DNA of 63,654 bases, filler included, from Chiloscyllium plagiosum (lineage: Eukaryota): the NCBI RefSeq assembly GCF_004010195.1. It is 5 parts of one record of this genome, joined end to end, with 100 filler letters (N's around TTAATTAATTAA, not from the genome) between each part and the next. Parts side by side here need not be neighbours in the genome. Positions count along the whole stretch, not along the records: positions 24,774 to 35,471 come from NC_057710.1; positions 35,572 to 49,006 come from NC_057710.1; 3 more parts are not named here. One strand, 5' to 3'. The position numbers and the translations under genes were made by a program. Position 1 is the stretch's first letter. The number at the start of each line of letters is the position of its first letter. Below the pieces are notes generated by a model that saw nothing but the letters and a program-made list of their open reading frames with translations, had not been told where the DNA came from and made no database searches. Positions 25,005 through 38,145 of this stretch are shown here, in pieces.

Positions 25005-25699
25005 GATTTTGCTGCTCGTCGGATGCTGCCTGAATTGCTGTGCTCTTCCAGCACCACTGATCCAGAATTTGGTTTCCAGCATCTGCAGTCATTGTTTTTA
25101 CCTTCCCTATTAGCTAACCAATCTCCACTTGTGCTAAAATGTTACCCCAATCACAATTAGCTCTTGTTTTGCACAGTAACCTTTGAGGCATCTAATCAAA
25201 CGTCTTTCAGAAATCTAAGTACAGAACATCCTCTGGTTCCCATGTGTCTACATTGCTTGTTAGATCCTCAAATTACTCTAAAAATTTAGTCTAACGTGAT
25301 TTTCCTTTCACAAAACTATGTTGATCCTGCCTGATTGTATTAAGATTTTCTAAGTGGCCTGTTATGACTCCCTTAATAAAATTCCAGCATTTTCTCTTGG
25401 ATGAATGTTTAATGAACTGGCCTGTAGTTTCCTGTCTTCTGCCTTTTTCCTTTGTTGAATACTGAATCACATTTGCTCTTTACAAATTTGGTGGGGACTT
25501 TTTTGGAATCTTGGGAATCTTGGAAAATTAAAACCTGTACATCTACTTTCTCAGCAACCACTCCTTTTAACACACAAGGATGAAATCCATCACGAACCCT
25601 GGGACTTGTCAGATTTTAGTCTGGCAAATATTTTAGCAGTTTTTCTCTTGTGATTATAATTGGTGATTGCAATTGATTAAGAGACAAAACATTGATGAG

Positions 25700-26005
25700 G
25701 ATGTCACAGTGGCTCAGTGGTTAACGCTGCTGCCAAAAAGAGCCAGGGACCCAGGTTTGATTCCAGCCTTGGGTGCACATTTTCCCCGTGCCTCCCACAG
25801 TCCAAAGATGTGCAGCTGAGCTGGATTGACCATGCTAAATTGTCCATAGTGCCCAAGGATGTGTAGGCTAGGTGGATTAGCCAAAGGAAATGCAGGGTTA
25901 CAGGGATAGGGTCGGGACTGGGTCTCAGTGGGATGCTTTTTGGAGGATCAGTGTGGACTCAATAGGCCGAAGGACCTGCTTCTGCACTGCAGGGATTCTA
26001 TGACT
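25700..26005 (+). mobile_element. HE1/V-SINE-type SINE with internal deletions
   Basis: gtggctcagtgg A box, ggtttgattcc B box, gggattctatga tail. Confidence 0.85.
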
Positions 26006-26619
26006 CGAGGTGAACACCCTGATCTTTTACATCCACTGGACAAAATGGGACCTTGGTTTAATGTCACCTCCACTAGGCAACAGTGTGCCACTCCCTCAGT
26101 AATCCATAAACCTCTGAATTGGAACTTGAATCAGCACCTTCTGAGAGCCAAGCGTGTTACCAACCAAGGCATAACTGAGACCAATGATACTCTCAGTCCT
26201 CATTCCTGTATTATGTCTGAACAGGGAGAAAATATTCTACAATGTGGGTACACAAATACCCCTTAATGTCAATGTTATAGATAAAATGAACTACAGAAAT
26301 GTTCACAGTTTTTTTAAAAAGACATTTCTATTCTCCTCAAATCTAGTAAATGCTTGCTTTTTGTGGTTGAACAGCTCTGGCTTATCACTGAGATACAAAG
26401 CATTTGACAAGATTTTCCCACTTTTCTTTTGGGCTCTCACTGTCATGGACTGAGCTACATGGTGAGAATTTGCAAACTGTTTGGAAAGTGGCCATTTGGA
26501 GCAATTTTGACAATTTGGTTGCCCACCAAAAACTTTAATTACTGTAGGCTTTGAGAAGCTGCCCTCACCTAACCCCATCTCAGCAGAATCTCACACACCT
26601 GGACAACCCACCCAAGGAC

Positions 26620-27960
26620 AACCAACATCAGGAGTTACTAGGCTAGAAAACTAAAGGCTTGGTCAACATGGTTGGTTTAAAAGAGTGTCTTCAAGGAAGT
26701 AAAATGGGGGAGAGAGGCAGAAAGGTACGAGGCAGGAAGTCTGGGAGCTGGGGATTGGGCAGTTGAAGACGCAGTCACCAAAGTTTAACATCTGGGATAT
26801 TCATGAGCTCAGAATTATGGAATCACTGATACCTGGAAGGGTTGGAGGAAAGTAAAGAGATAGCAAGGTCAAGGCCATAGAGAGCTTTGTAAACAAAGAT
26901 GAGTATTTTGATAATTGGGAGCTGACAGCCCAGTGGTGGAATTTGAATTCAGCGACAATCTGGAATTAAGAGTCTAATGATGACCATGAATTCATTGTCA
27001 AATGTTGGAAAAACCCATCCGGTTCACTAATGCCTTTTAGGGAAGAAACCACCATCCTCACCTGGTCTGGCCTACATGTGGCTCAAGACCCATTGCAATG
27101 TGGTTGACTCTTAATTGCCCTCTGGGGTCAGTGACACCTTCATCCAATGAACAAATAAAAAGAAAATCTGATCATTACGCAATTGGGAGCCAATGTAGAT
27201 CTTACCAGCAGAGGGATGTTAGGTGAATGGGTCTTGCTGGACATATGGCATGGACGGCAGAGTTTTGAAAGACCTTTAAATGTGAAGAGCAGAAGGTCAG
27301 AATAGTCAGATCTAGAATTAACGGAGACATGGATGAAGGTTTTGGAAGAAGAGAGCTGAGACAGAGGCAAGGTTGAACAATGTCATAGAGGAACAGAATT
27401 TGGCCCAGAAACTGAAAACAATAGCTTCAGTTTTGCTGATTAATTGGATGAAATTTCTGTTCATCCAGTGCTGGATGCTTATAAGCGATTTGATAACTTT
27501 GCAATAGCAAAGGTAACAAGAGAGGTGAAGATAAGGTGGAGCCGGGTGCAGACAGAATGCAGGAGAAAGCTAATGCCGGGATCTCACATGAAGTCATTGA
27601 GAAACAACATGTAGATTGGAAATAGGAGGAGGGCAAGGAGAGATCTGACTGAGGGAGACAAGAAGAGGAAATTGTGTGGGAGGAGGGAAAGAAGCCATTA
27701 CAAGTGATTCTTTTCTATAATTAATTAATTATAACTAGTTAAGCTTTGAGATCTGTGCCCCCAGGAGTAGGAGGTCTTTGAAGGACATTGGTGTTGCCAG
27801 CTCTGTCAAAGGCTGCATACAGACAGCTCAACGAGGATGAGGATTTATCGTTGTCACAGTCACATAGAATTCAATTGTGACTTTGCGAGTTCTTTCAGAG
27901 CTATGATAGGTTGCAACTGGATTGAAAGAAATCTAACATGGTGCTCTGGGAAAGATGAGG
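26620..27960 (-). mobile_element. Old L2-like LINE remnants with a nested SINE (about 26930-27125)
   Basis: Purine-rich antisense L2-type segments including ctgtcaaaggctgc (AAFD-like on the minus strand); strongly decayed. Confidence 0.5.
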
Positions 27961-28289
27961 ATGGAATTGTGAGGTGATAGCATGTTCAAAGTAATTGGGG
28001 AGGAAGGAGTTGGCACAGTATTCTGCAGGAATGGTAGGGTCAATGATAAAACAAGGATAAAATATTTGCACCCACCATCAGCCAGAAGTGCCAGGTACAT
28101 AATCCATCCTGTTCCTGTTTTGAGATTGACAGTATCACAAATGACAGCAATTCAATTCACTCCAAGTGATGTCAAGATGGAGGTAAATTCATTTGATAGA
28201 GTACGGGTCATGACAACATCCCAACTATCGTATTGAAGACTTATGTTCCAGAACTAGCTGCATAAGACATTCTGTACAGCTACATTACT

Positions 28290-28955
28290 TGCATATGCCT
28301 GAAAGTGTGGATAGGGTTGTTAAGAAAGCATATGGTGTTTTGGCTTTCATTAACAGGGAAATTGAGTTTAAGAGCCGCAAGGTTTTGCTGCAGTTCTCCA
28401 AGTCCCTGGTGAGACCACACTTGGAATATTGTGTCCAGTTCTGGTCGCCCTACTATAGGAATGATACAGAGGCTTTGGAGAGGGTGCAAAGAAGGTTTAC
28501 CAGGATGCTGCCTGGACTGGAGGGCTTGCCTTATGAAGAAAGGTTGAATAAGCTCAAACTTGTCTCTCTGGAGAGAAGGAGGAAGAGAGGAGACCTGATC
28601 AAGGTATACAAGATAATGAGAGGCATAGACAGAGTCAATAGCCAGAGACTTCTCCCCCAGGGCAGGATTGATGGGTATGAGGGGTCATAGTTTTAAGATA
28701 TTAGGGGAAAGGTATAGAGGAGACATCAGAGGTAGGTTCTTTACGCAGAGAGTTGTGAATGCATGGAATGCGTTGCCAGCGGTGGTGGTAGAAGCAGAGT
28801 CATTAGGGATATTTAAGCGACTGCTGGACAGGCACATGGAGAGCAGTGAGTTGAGGGGTGCATAGGTTAATGTATATTTTACATTAGGATTAAACCTCAG
28901 CACAACATTTTTGGCCAAAGGGCCTGTTCTGTGCTGTACTTTTCTATGTTCGAAT
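28290..28955 (+). mobile_element. CR1 3' end nested in a second LINE family (about 28050-29580)
   Basis: ORF 28289-28690 VRPHLEYCVQFWSPYY; host shares sequence with 40340-40875. Confidence 0.88.
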
Positions 28956-31359
28956 AGTCCTGTGAACAAATAAAGCAAGAAAAAATCCAATCCAGCTAAT
29001 GACCATGACAGCAGATTATTCCTATCCCCAGCAAACTGATGAAAGGTGGCATTGACAACATTGAAGATCAACAGTTATTCAGCAATAACCTGCTCACCAA
29101 CGCTCAGTTGGGGTTCCATCGGGACCACCCAGCTCCTGTTGTCATTGTAGTCTTGACATCAAGGCAGCTTTTGAATGAATGTGGCACCAAGGTATCTTAG
29201 CAAAACTGAAATCAATCAGGAAATCTCTCCACTAGGTGAAGTCATATCTAACACAAAGGAAGGTGGTTGTTGTTATTGGAGACAGATCATCTCTGCAGAG
29301 TTTCCTCAGGGTGGTGTCTCAGGCCTTGCCATATAAATACAGTGACTACAGGCATAGGTCAGAGTCTGGGAAATCTGAGGTGAGTAACTCATCCCTTGTT
29401 TCCAAAAATCAATGAGCAGAAGTCAGGAATATGATGGAAAACGCTCCACTTGTCTGAGTGACTGCAGCACCAACAACACTTAAGAAACTCAATACCCTTC
29501 AGGATATAGCAACTGACTCAAAGTAATCTGTTCTTGAACATTTGCTCCCTCCTCCACTAGTGCAATGGCAGCATCTACAAAGGTCCAGCACCAATAGATG
29601 GCAAAGGATTGACAAACAGTCAGGAGGCTTTCAGTTTATAAATCTGTAAGTGGCGACAGAGACAGGGACAGGTGAGCTCATGGAAGAAGTTAAACTCAAG
29701 CACAAGAAACTCTAAATCAGAAGTGTCAGGAAATCAGAAGCCAATGCAGTTGAACAAGGGTTGGTGCAAGACAGCATCAGAACAGCAGTGTTGTTGATGA
29801 GTTAAAGTTGATACAGGGAGGAAAGCTGAACAGGGGAGTACTGAAGTGACACTGACGTATCAGATAGCATTAAAGTTCGGTTAATGTTGCAGCTGCAAGA
29901 ACAGGGTTCACAGAAGACTGTGAAAACCAGGAACACAGAAGGAGTCCATTTTCTCATCACTTACCTGCATGAGCTTAGCTCCAACAACAGAGGACCCACA
30001 TGCCCCTGACTTTGAATAGCAACCCCCTCATTTGGTCCCAAGAATCTGAATCTCTTCCCCTTTCGCATCATCTATTCAGCCAAGTATTGACAATCCTGAT
30101 CATAATCTCTCTGTCCAATCCAACTTGTGCTGTGAGATGTAATCCAGCGATTACTGGATTCTAGATTCCTGGAACCCTGAAGGTTCTGTTCCTTGAGAGT
30201 TTAGCTTTTTAAAAGCTTTCATCAGGACCTGACTCCTGCTTCCGCCTATGTCATCATTTCTCAAATGAGTCTCTGACTGCTTTCCCTCCCAACCCTGAAG
30301 CTTTGCTACATGACGTCTAGACAGCAGAGAGGGGACATTTATCTAGATGGTGTTCAGATGTCTCCCTTTCTGACTCTGAACACCTGCACCCTGCACTCTG
30401 AATCTCCCATGGGTAACTCCCCAGCCTCTTTTCAGTTGCACATAGAATAGTAAGATACAGAAGGAGGCTATTCCACCCATCGAGTCTGCGCCAGCTCTTC
30501 AGAAGTATCATGTTTACCTTCCTTTGTGTCACTGTTTTTATCCATATCCCTGCAACCTGCCCAGCTACCACTGGAAATATGGATTGATTTATTACTAACA
30601 TTCCTACTTCGGTGTCCAAAGGGGTTAACTCAATGTTCCTGCAGACATTCCATGATTCCAGACTGTTCTAGTGGGATCATTGCACCAAATGGGTTGTAAT
30701 GGATTGTAATGTGCTGGGTCTGTCATTGTGCGGGTTGTGGGAATCACAAGAAGGATTAACCACTCTATCTACTGCTATGGACATGAATGATTGCAGCCTT
30801 TGGAGAAATCATCATGCTGTGTTATCAGACACAGAAGGCTAAATGGCCTTGGAATCCTTCTACAATTTCACACATGACTCACAAGCAAGTGGGGCTGCAA
30901 CAACAACTGCGCATGTTCATCGACAGAGATTTAGAAATCACTGAAATTGTTAAGTCACAAGCAGAACCTTCAGACTGTCACTCTTCCACCAGCAGTTTTC
31001 ACCACTTGTTCCTCCTGATTTCAATGTGTTACTGTTAGATGCTAAGAGCATTTCTGTTTTTAACTGAAGGCACTTTGCTGCTTCTACTAAGTAGAAGGTG
31101 GAAGGACCATATCGCAGTTAGTTCCTAACTGACCTTTTAGTGTTTAAACTAGTGTTCAGTAACATGTGTCCTGTCCAGAATGTATTGTGGTAATGGGTTT
31201 ATTGATTACCTGTTGAACAATGTAACGATGGCTGTATGATTCAGAGGCACAGTTGCTATTGCTAAGCCATAGGCTCATTCCATGTGTCCATCAGATTGCA
31301 AAATAAACAATGGTGTGGTTGTAAATGTAATATAGTCTCTAATAGAGATTAGAATATTG

Positions 31360-31925
31360 AACGGAGGCAGTGAGATCATAACAATCTGTTGGACTAACAA
31401 CCAGAACTTCGAACTTAATAAACGTGGGTTTAAATCCCATCATGACAGCTGGTGAAATTTGAATTCAGTAAAAATCCCAGATAAAAAGCTGTCCAAATTG
31501 TCAATTGTCACAACAACCCAATTGGTTCATTAAGTTCTTTAAGGAAGGGAGGCTGTCAGCTTTGCCTGGTCTGGTCTACATGTGACTGTCACACTTGCCA
31601 ACACCGTCCGCTCCCCCATCATGGCATTTCCTGTCCCCACCACCCCAGTCTGTGCATTGCTGCCTCAACCCATTGCCCCTCTCCCATCACTTTATAGAGT
31701 CATGCAGCATAGAAACAGGCCTTTTGGCCCACCATGTCTATGCTGACTACAAATACCAAACTACACTAATCCCATTTAGCTCCACTTGGTCCATAGCCTA
31801 CTCTACACTTGCATTTTAAGTGTTCATCCAGATGTTTCATATGGTTGACTCTTAACTGCCTGTTGGGTAATAAGTGCTGGCCTAGCCAGTGACACTCACA
31901 TCTCATGAATAAATAAAAAAAAGTC
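31360..31925 (+). mobile_element. tRNA-derived SINE (second family) interrupted by a 252-bp templated copy
   Basis: gggtttaaatccc B box, cctggtctggtctacatgtgac core, aatgaataaa-type tail; related copies at 20360, 26930, 47105 and 50810-51146 (-). Confidence 0.75.
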
Positions 31926-32842
31926 TGTAGAAACTTCTTTGTACAGAAAAAGAAATGGCAACAGCTTAAAGGTTTTAAAGAGAAAGATGGATAAGTATAT
32001 GAGAGTGAAAGGAATCTGTGGATAGAGTTCAATAATCTGAAGAGATTCATGTGTAACATTTGCTGGTTACTTTCAGTGTGCTGTTAGTTCCATGTAATTC
32101 TATGAAGTTTCAGAATGAATCCAAGTTCAGCACAGTACATCACATTTCTAGCATTGTTCCAATATGGTTTGGATTTGGTCTAATCATAAAATAGTCTCGT
32201 TAAAGTACAGTCAGTTTCCAGTTTAGGGTAAAGGCTTCTACAGTTTCTGTGTCTTAACGTCTGAATATGTTATTCACTTAACTCCAATGTCTTAGCCGCA
32301 CCAATCTATGGAGAACAGTTAGTGAGTGTGACGCCACAGTTACCATTTCTGCCTGGCTTCAAGCTGACTGCAGTTTTATGAATGGTGGTTGAGGTGATGT
32401 GGCTCTTAAGTTAGTAATTAATGACCACTTAATGTCCTCTTTTAGCTCCACTGCAATCTTTTCTCAGTGGGCAGGGGAGAGAGCCCAATTGGCAATCAAC
32501 CAGGTCCATGTCTCACTTTCCTGGTGGGACAGTGAAAGTATCTCCTTACTGGACCCCTGCATTCACTGGAGCCTACTGTTAAGGCCCTTTCACACTTGCC
32601 AACACCGTCCGCTCCCCCATCATGGCATTTCCTTCCCCCACCACCCTAGTCTGTGCATTGCTGCCTCAACCCATTGCCCCTCTCCCATCACTTTATAGAG
32701 TCATACAGTATAGAAACAGGCCTTTCGGCCCACCATGTCTATGCTGATTAACAAGTACCAAACTACATTAATCCCATTTAGCTGCACTTAGTCCATAGCC
32801 TACTCTGCCCTTCCATTTTAAGTGTTCCTCCAGAAGTTTCAT
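31589..32842 (+). repeat. Local direct duplication 31589-31840 / 32590-32842
   Basis: Both copies run from tcacacttgccaacaccgtccg to gtttcat. Confidence 0.93.
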
Positions 32843-33199
32843 GAATGTTGTGAGAGTACCTATTTCCACCACCCTCTGAGGCAGCACGTTCCATGTTTCT
32901 ACCTCAGTCTGGGTGAAAAACTGTTTCCTCAGATCTCCTCAAAACAACTTACTCCTCACCTTAAACTTACACCTTTTGAACTTAGACGCGTTGCCATGGG
33001 GAAAAACTTCTCACAATCTCCTCTGTCTGTTCTTGTGTGATGACTATGAATTATATGTTCAGTCAGAATCTTTCCTCTATTAATTCTAATTTCCTGCCAC
33101 GCAGTTTCAAACTCTGGTCACTTGTCCATCTCCCAGTGGTCTCTCAACTGGTCTCCTCATTCTTGGAATAGACTGTAATATTTTTTCAATGACAGATGC

Positions 33200-34400
33200 T
33201 ATATTAACTAGTGTTTAGTTCCCCTTTTTATAAATAAGAGTGTTATATTGAATTTGATGAAATCTAAGTATTCTTGGAAGATGGTTACCAGTGTGTTTAA
33301 TTAGTGCATTGTATTTAGTGCACTGCAACACTGTCTCTGTGGCTACTTTCTTTAAAAACCTAAGATGCAATCCATCAGTTCTAGGGGCTGTATTGGCCCC
33401 ATTAATTATCCAGGTACATTTTCTCTGGTGATAGTTAGTGTTTATTTTCCAACCCATGCACATCCCACTGCACCACAATCACCGCCACCTTTAGCCCCTT
33501 GATTATTTAGTAATTTTAGAATTCCATAAGTCTCTCCTACATTGAAGACTGACACAAAGTAATTATTTAACTCCATGGCCATTTTCTAGTTTTCCACTAT
33601 TATTTCCTCAGTCTCATTCTTTAAGGGGCTTATGTTCACTTTAGCATCTCTATTCCTTTTCCTTATATATAAAAGAGCTCTTAATTTCCATTTTTATATT
33701 ACTTACTTTACCCTGATAGTTTATTTTCTTGCTCCTTTTTTTGGTCGGTTTTTATTGGCTTTTAAAGCTTTCCAAACCTCTGGTTTGCGCCTAATCTTTG
33801 TCGGATTCTATGATGTTTTTCTTTCAATTTGATACTATCCTTATCTCCCTTATTTAACCAGGGTTGGTTTATCACCTTTCTGCAATCCTTCTTTCTCACT
33901 GAAGTGTATATTTTCTGTGTGTCACTAACTATGTCCTTAAACATCTGCCATTGTTCCTCAACTGATTTTATTCTGTTAAACTCCTTTCTAGTCCACTTCA
34001 GCCAGCCCCCATTCTTTTCAAATACCCTCATTTGAGTTTAACACAGGTGTTTCTGACCCACGTTTCTCACTCTCAAACTGACTGCTATATGTTATCATGT
34101 TATGGCCACTGTTCCCTAGGGGATCTTTAACTCTGCCATCATTTATTAGGCCAGTCTCATTACACATGCCCAGATCCAAAATAGCTTGTGTCTGGTTGGA
34201 GCCACAACAGATCGTTCTCAGAAGCTATTCTGAATAAACATGATGAGTTCTTTTTTGTGACTACTTCTGTCAATTTCATTTCCCCAGTCTACATGAAGAT
34301 TAATTCATCCTTGCTTAATGCTCTGTATTTTTTTTTATATGTCTTCATTCTTTCTTGACTTATTCACTATCTACAAACAGTTACTGTTAGGAATCCTTTA
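33200..34400 (-). mobile_element. Decayed CR1 ORF2 internal fragment
   Basis: SVEEQWQMFK...QPWL and DGLHLRFLKKVA remnants. Confidence 0.75.
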
Positions 34401-34829
34401 TTGTTACAGCCTCACGTTTGTGTTGCTGTAAATAGAAAACCAATTCTCAGTGATAGGGGTGAAAGCAAAACAAAACTCTGCATTTATATAGCGGCGTCTA
34501 TGACTTCAGAAGGTCCCAAAGCATTTTATAGTCAATTAAAAACATTTGAATCCAGCCATTGTTATGAGGCAGGGAAAATTACAGTCAAATGTGCATAACA
34601 AGGTCACAGAAACAGCAAAGTAATGATAACTAGATAATCTGATTTATTGATGTTGGTTGAGGGATGCGTGTTAATCAGGACACTAGAAACAATTTATCTG
34701 CTGATGTTCAAAATAGTGTTGTGGGATCCTTTAAGTTCAACTGAGAGGGCAGGGTGAAATTGGAATTTATAACTGATATTTGTGGTTGAAATTGCATCAA
34801 GGTTTTTAAATTGCACTTGATCCATGGAA

Positions 34830-35905
34830 ATTAGAACATAGAACATAGAACATAGAAAAATACAGTGCACTACAGGCCCTTTGGCCCTTGATGTTGCGCC
34901 GATCCAAGCCCACCTAACCTACACTAGCCCACTATGTTCCATATGCCTATCCAATGCCCGTTTAAATGCCCATAAAGAGGGAGAGTCCACCACTGCTACT
35001 GGCAGGGCATTCCATGAACTCACGACTTGCTGAGTAAAGAATCTACCCCTAACATCTGTCCTATACCTACCACCCCTTAATTTAAAGCTATGCCCCCTCA
35101 TAATAGCTGACTCCATACGTGGAAAAAGGTTCTCACGGTCAACCCTATCTAAACCCCTAATCATCTTGTACACCTCTATCAAGTCACCCCAAACCTTCTT
35201 TTCTCCAATGAAAACAACCCCAAGTGCCTCAACCTTTCCTCATACGATCTTCCTACCATACCAGGCAACATCCTGGTAAAACTCCTCTGCACCCGTTCCA
35301 GTGCCTCCACATCCTTCCGATAGTATGGCGACCAAAACTGCACACAATACTCCAGATGCGGCAGCACCAGAGTCTTATACAACTGCAACATGACCTAAGG
35401 GCTCCGGAACTCAATTCCTCTACCAATAAAAGCCAGTACGCCATATACCTTCTTCACCGCACTATTTACCTNNNNNNNNNNNNNNNNNNNNNNNNNNNNN
35501 NNNNNNNNNNNNNNNTTAATTAATTAANNNNNNNNNNNNNNNNNNNNNNNNNNNNNNNNNNNNNNNNNNNNTCCAGGTTCTGCACCCTAAAGCTACAGTC
35601 TGGGTTCCCATGCCCCTGCAGAGTTAGTTTAAACTCCCCCCAAGAGCACTAGCAAACCTCCCGCCAAGGATACTGGTGCCCCTCAGGTTCAGGTGCAGAC
35701 CATCCTGTTTATAGAGGTCCCACCTTCCCCAGAAAGAACCCCAGTTATCCAAATACTGGAATCCCTCCCTCCTGCACCATTCCTGTAGCCACGCATTTAA
35801 CTGTTCTCTCTCCCTATTCCTCGACTCTCTATCATGTGGCACGGGTAACAAACCAGAGACAACAACTCTGTTCGTTCTAACTTTGAGCTTCCAACCTAGC
35901 TCCCA
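34830..35905 (-). mobile_element. CR1 3' end (34830-35471) and ORF1 esterase piece (35572-35905) either side of a gap
   Basis: (agaacat)3 tail, HLEYCVQFWSPYY; WCRREGF...LYKQDGLHLN. Confidence 0.88.
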
Positions 35906-35934
35906 AATGGTACATATTGCTGCCATAGAAGCAC

Positions 35935-36205
35935 CTGTGAGTTTGCATTTGGACATGGGTTTCTTCCGGGTGCTCCGGTTTCCTCCCACAGTCCAAAGAT
36001 GTGCAGGTTAGATGGATTGGCCATGCTAAATTGCTCATCCCTAAATTGCTCCAGGGATGTGCAGATTAGGTGGATTAGCCATGGGAAATGCAGGGCTATA
36101 AGGTTAGGGTAGGGGGTTGAGTCTGTGTGGGATGCTCTTTGGAGAGTCGGTATGGACTTGTTGGGCCAAATGGTCTGTATCCACACTGTAGGGATTCTAT
36201 GATTG
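35935..36205 (+). mobile_element. 5'-truncated HE1/V-SINE-type SINE
   Basis: V core and gggattctatga tail. Confidence 0.85.
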
Positions 36206-36229
36206 TATGTTGTGATCGTTAGGGACAGA

Positions 36230-36900
36230 ACGTGAGAAATAGGAGCAAGACATGGTCAATTAGGCCCTCAAGCCTGTACCACCATTCTATAAGATCATGG
36301 TTGACCTCCTGCAGGCTTCATCATCTGCTGTGCCAGCTTCTCCTAGTCTTCAATCCCTTGATATTTCAAAAATCTGTCTACCCCGTCTTTACATACATTC
36401 AGTGATCTAGCCTCAAGAACTCTCAGGGCTAAAGAATTCCAGATGTTTGGTACCCTTGAAGACAAGAGATTCCTTCACATCTCAGTTTTAAATGAATGGC
36501 CCCTAATTGGGTATCTATCACCCTGAGTTCAAAATTCCTCCATTATTGGAAACAACTTCTCAATATTTCAAGAAAGTAAGGCCTTATTTATCTAAATGAG
36601 TAAAAACTTAAGCTGTTCAGTCATCCTTGAGAAGTTGACCCCTTTATCCCAGGAATCAGCTCAGTGGATCTGTTTTGAACTACCTGAATGCCAATTTATC
36701 CTGTCTGAAATACAGTGACCAAAACTGTACACAATACTGCAGATGTGACTTCACCAATCCTGTACAGTCATAATGAGACTTCTCTTTTTAAACTCCAACT
36801 CCCTAGCAATAAAGATCAAATTACATTGTTCTTAATTACTTGCTGCACCTGCATGCTAACGTTTTTGTGTTTTATACACAAGAACATCCCGAATCCAAAG
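36230..36900 (-). mobile_element. Old CR1 3' portion
   Basis: gaccaaaactgtacacaatact (antisense of YCVQFWS); CR1 tail. Confidence 0.7.
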
Positions 36901-37134
36901 TGAAAATACAGCCCCTAGTTTGTTTTTGTGATCCTGGTGATAAGTTTATACATTTGCACTGTACTGTTTTATTCAAAGGCAATATCTCCTTTCAAAGGTG
37001 ATGTGCCCAGAATACAGTGATCCACACATGTTTGAAGTTGCACTCAGCAGTATCTGTTAGTGCATATTGACCAGGCTGATGAAGAAGACAACATGGCTGC
37101 GATGACTGCCTCGATTTGACTTGCTCATTTTCCA

Positions 37135-37241
37135 GGTATATTCTGACCAACCTGTTACGATACATCTCTGGAGCAGGTGGGACTTGAGCCTGCACGTCCT
37201 GTTCCAGAGTTAGAGGCACTACCACTGCACCACAAGAGCCC
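37135..37241 (-). mobile_element. Short tRNA-derived SINE (third family)
   Basis: Reverse complement gggctcttgtggtgcagtgg...ggctcaagtccc (A/B boxes); decayed copy at about 54910-54990. Confidence 0.65.
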
Positions 37242-38145
37242 TTTGCTGGCCTTTTCAAAAGGTCAGCTGAGGCTCCACAGGCAACTCTTCTATAGGGATT
37301 ATTTCCAGTAGGTTCTTGAAATTCTTGTTCCTCCTAATGAAATTTAAAAATAAGACTACAATTGAAGTTTGTCGTGGTGTGGATGGGAGACCACATCCTT
37401 GGCCTGTGAAGCAGGACCAATGCTTGACCCATTTCATGGCACCTGTCCGACCCTGAGATTGGTCTTGTGTCCCCTGCCAGTTTTATACAAGTGGCAGGGA
37501 CACCTGCAAAACCTATACCATAGTTGTGTATCTGACATCTTTTGAGTGCCCTTGGAAAGTAGGATGTTGGTCTCCGAACTGGGCCTTATTGTGCGTGTGA
37601 TCTCTAATACATTTCAATAACTCCCCCAACATGCCTATGCATAGCTCTACAAATATTAGCTAGATATTGACAGCAACCTTATTTTGTCATGAGGCTTTAA
37701 TAGGCTAACAACTTGCACAATGCTTCTGAGAAACAAACTGACATGAGTTTTGGAATGTCACAGAGGGAGATGAAATCCTTCTGAGAAAGCTAACTGTCGA
37801 TGGAATTTTAAATGCCTGATTGGACATGTGAAGCAGTTTGCTGGTGACAATCACGCATCACAGTGTGGTCTCAGCTGTGGTTACAAAGCTAAGCTTGTTT
37901 TAAATACAATATAAACTCCGCTGTACAATAAAACCCTCCACGAAGTTCCTTGGTTATTCTCGGGTGGCTCAGCACCTATTGGAGAATCCTTGTAGGAAAT
38001 GTTGGCACCAATAAGATTATTATTCGAAGACTTGTAGACCAGGTATGAGACACTGAATGGATGTCAATACAAATTGGTGGGGAAAGATATGTTAATTGGT
38101 TGAGGGAATAATGCTGACTACCTCTTGGCTCTGATTAACATATTG

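Larger units (their letters stand above)
24524..25102. mobile_element. Long palindromic PLE element (family A) spanning a gap
   Basis: ggtaaaaacaatgactgc...gcagtcattgtttttacc; 22-nt central spacer 24878-24899. Confidence 0.88.

Noticed and set aside
27716..27741. 18-bp AT palindrome tataattaattaattata
   Set aside because: Low-complexity (taat)n with no supporting context
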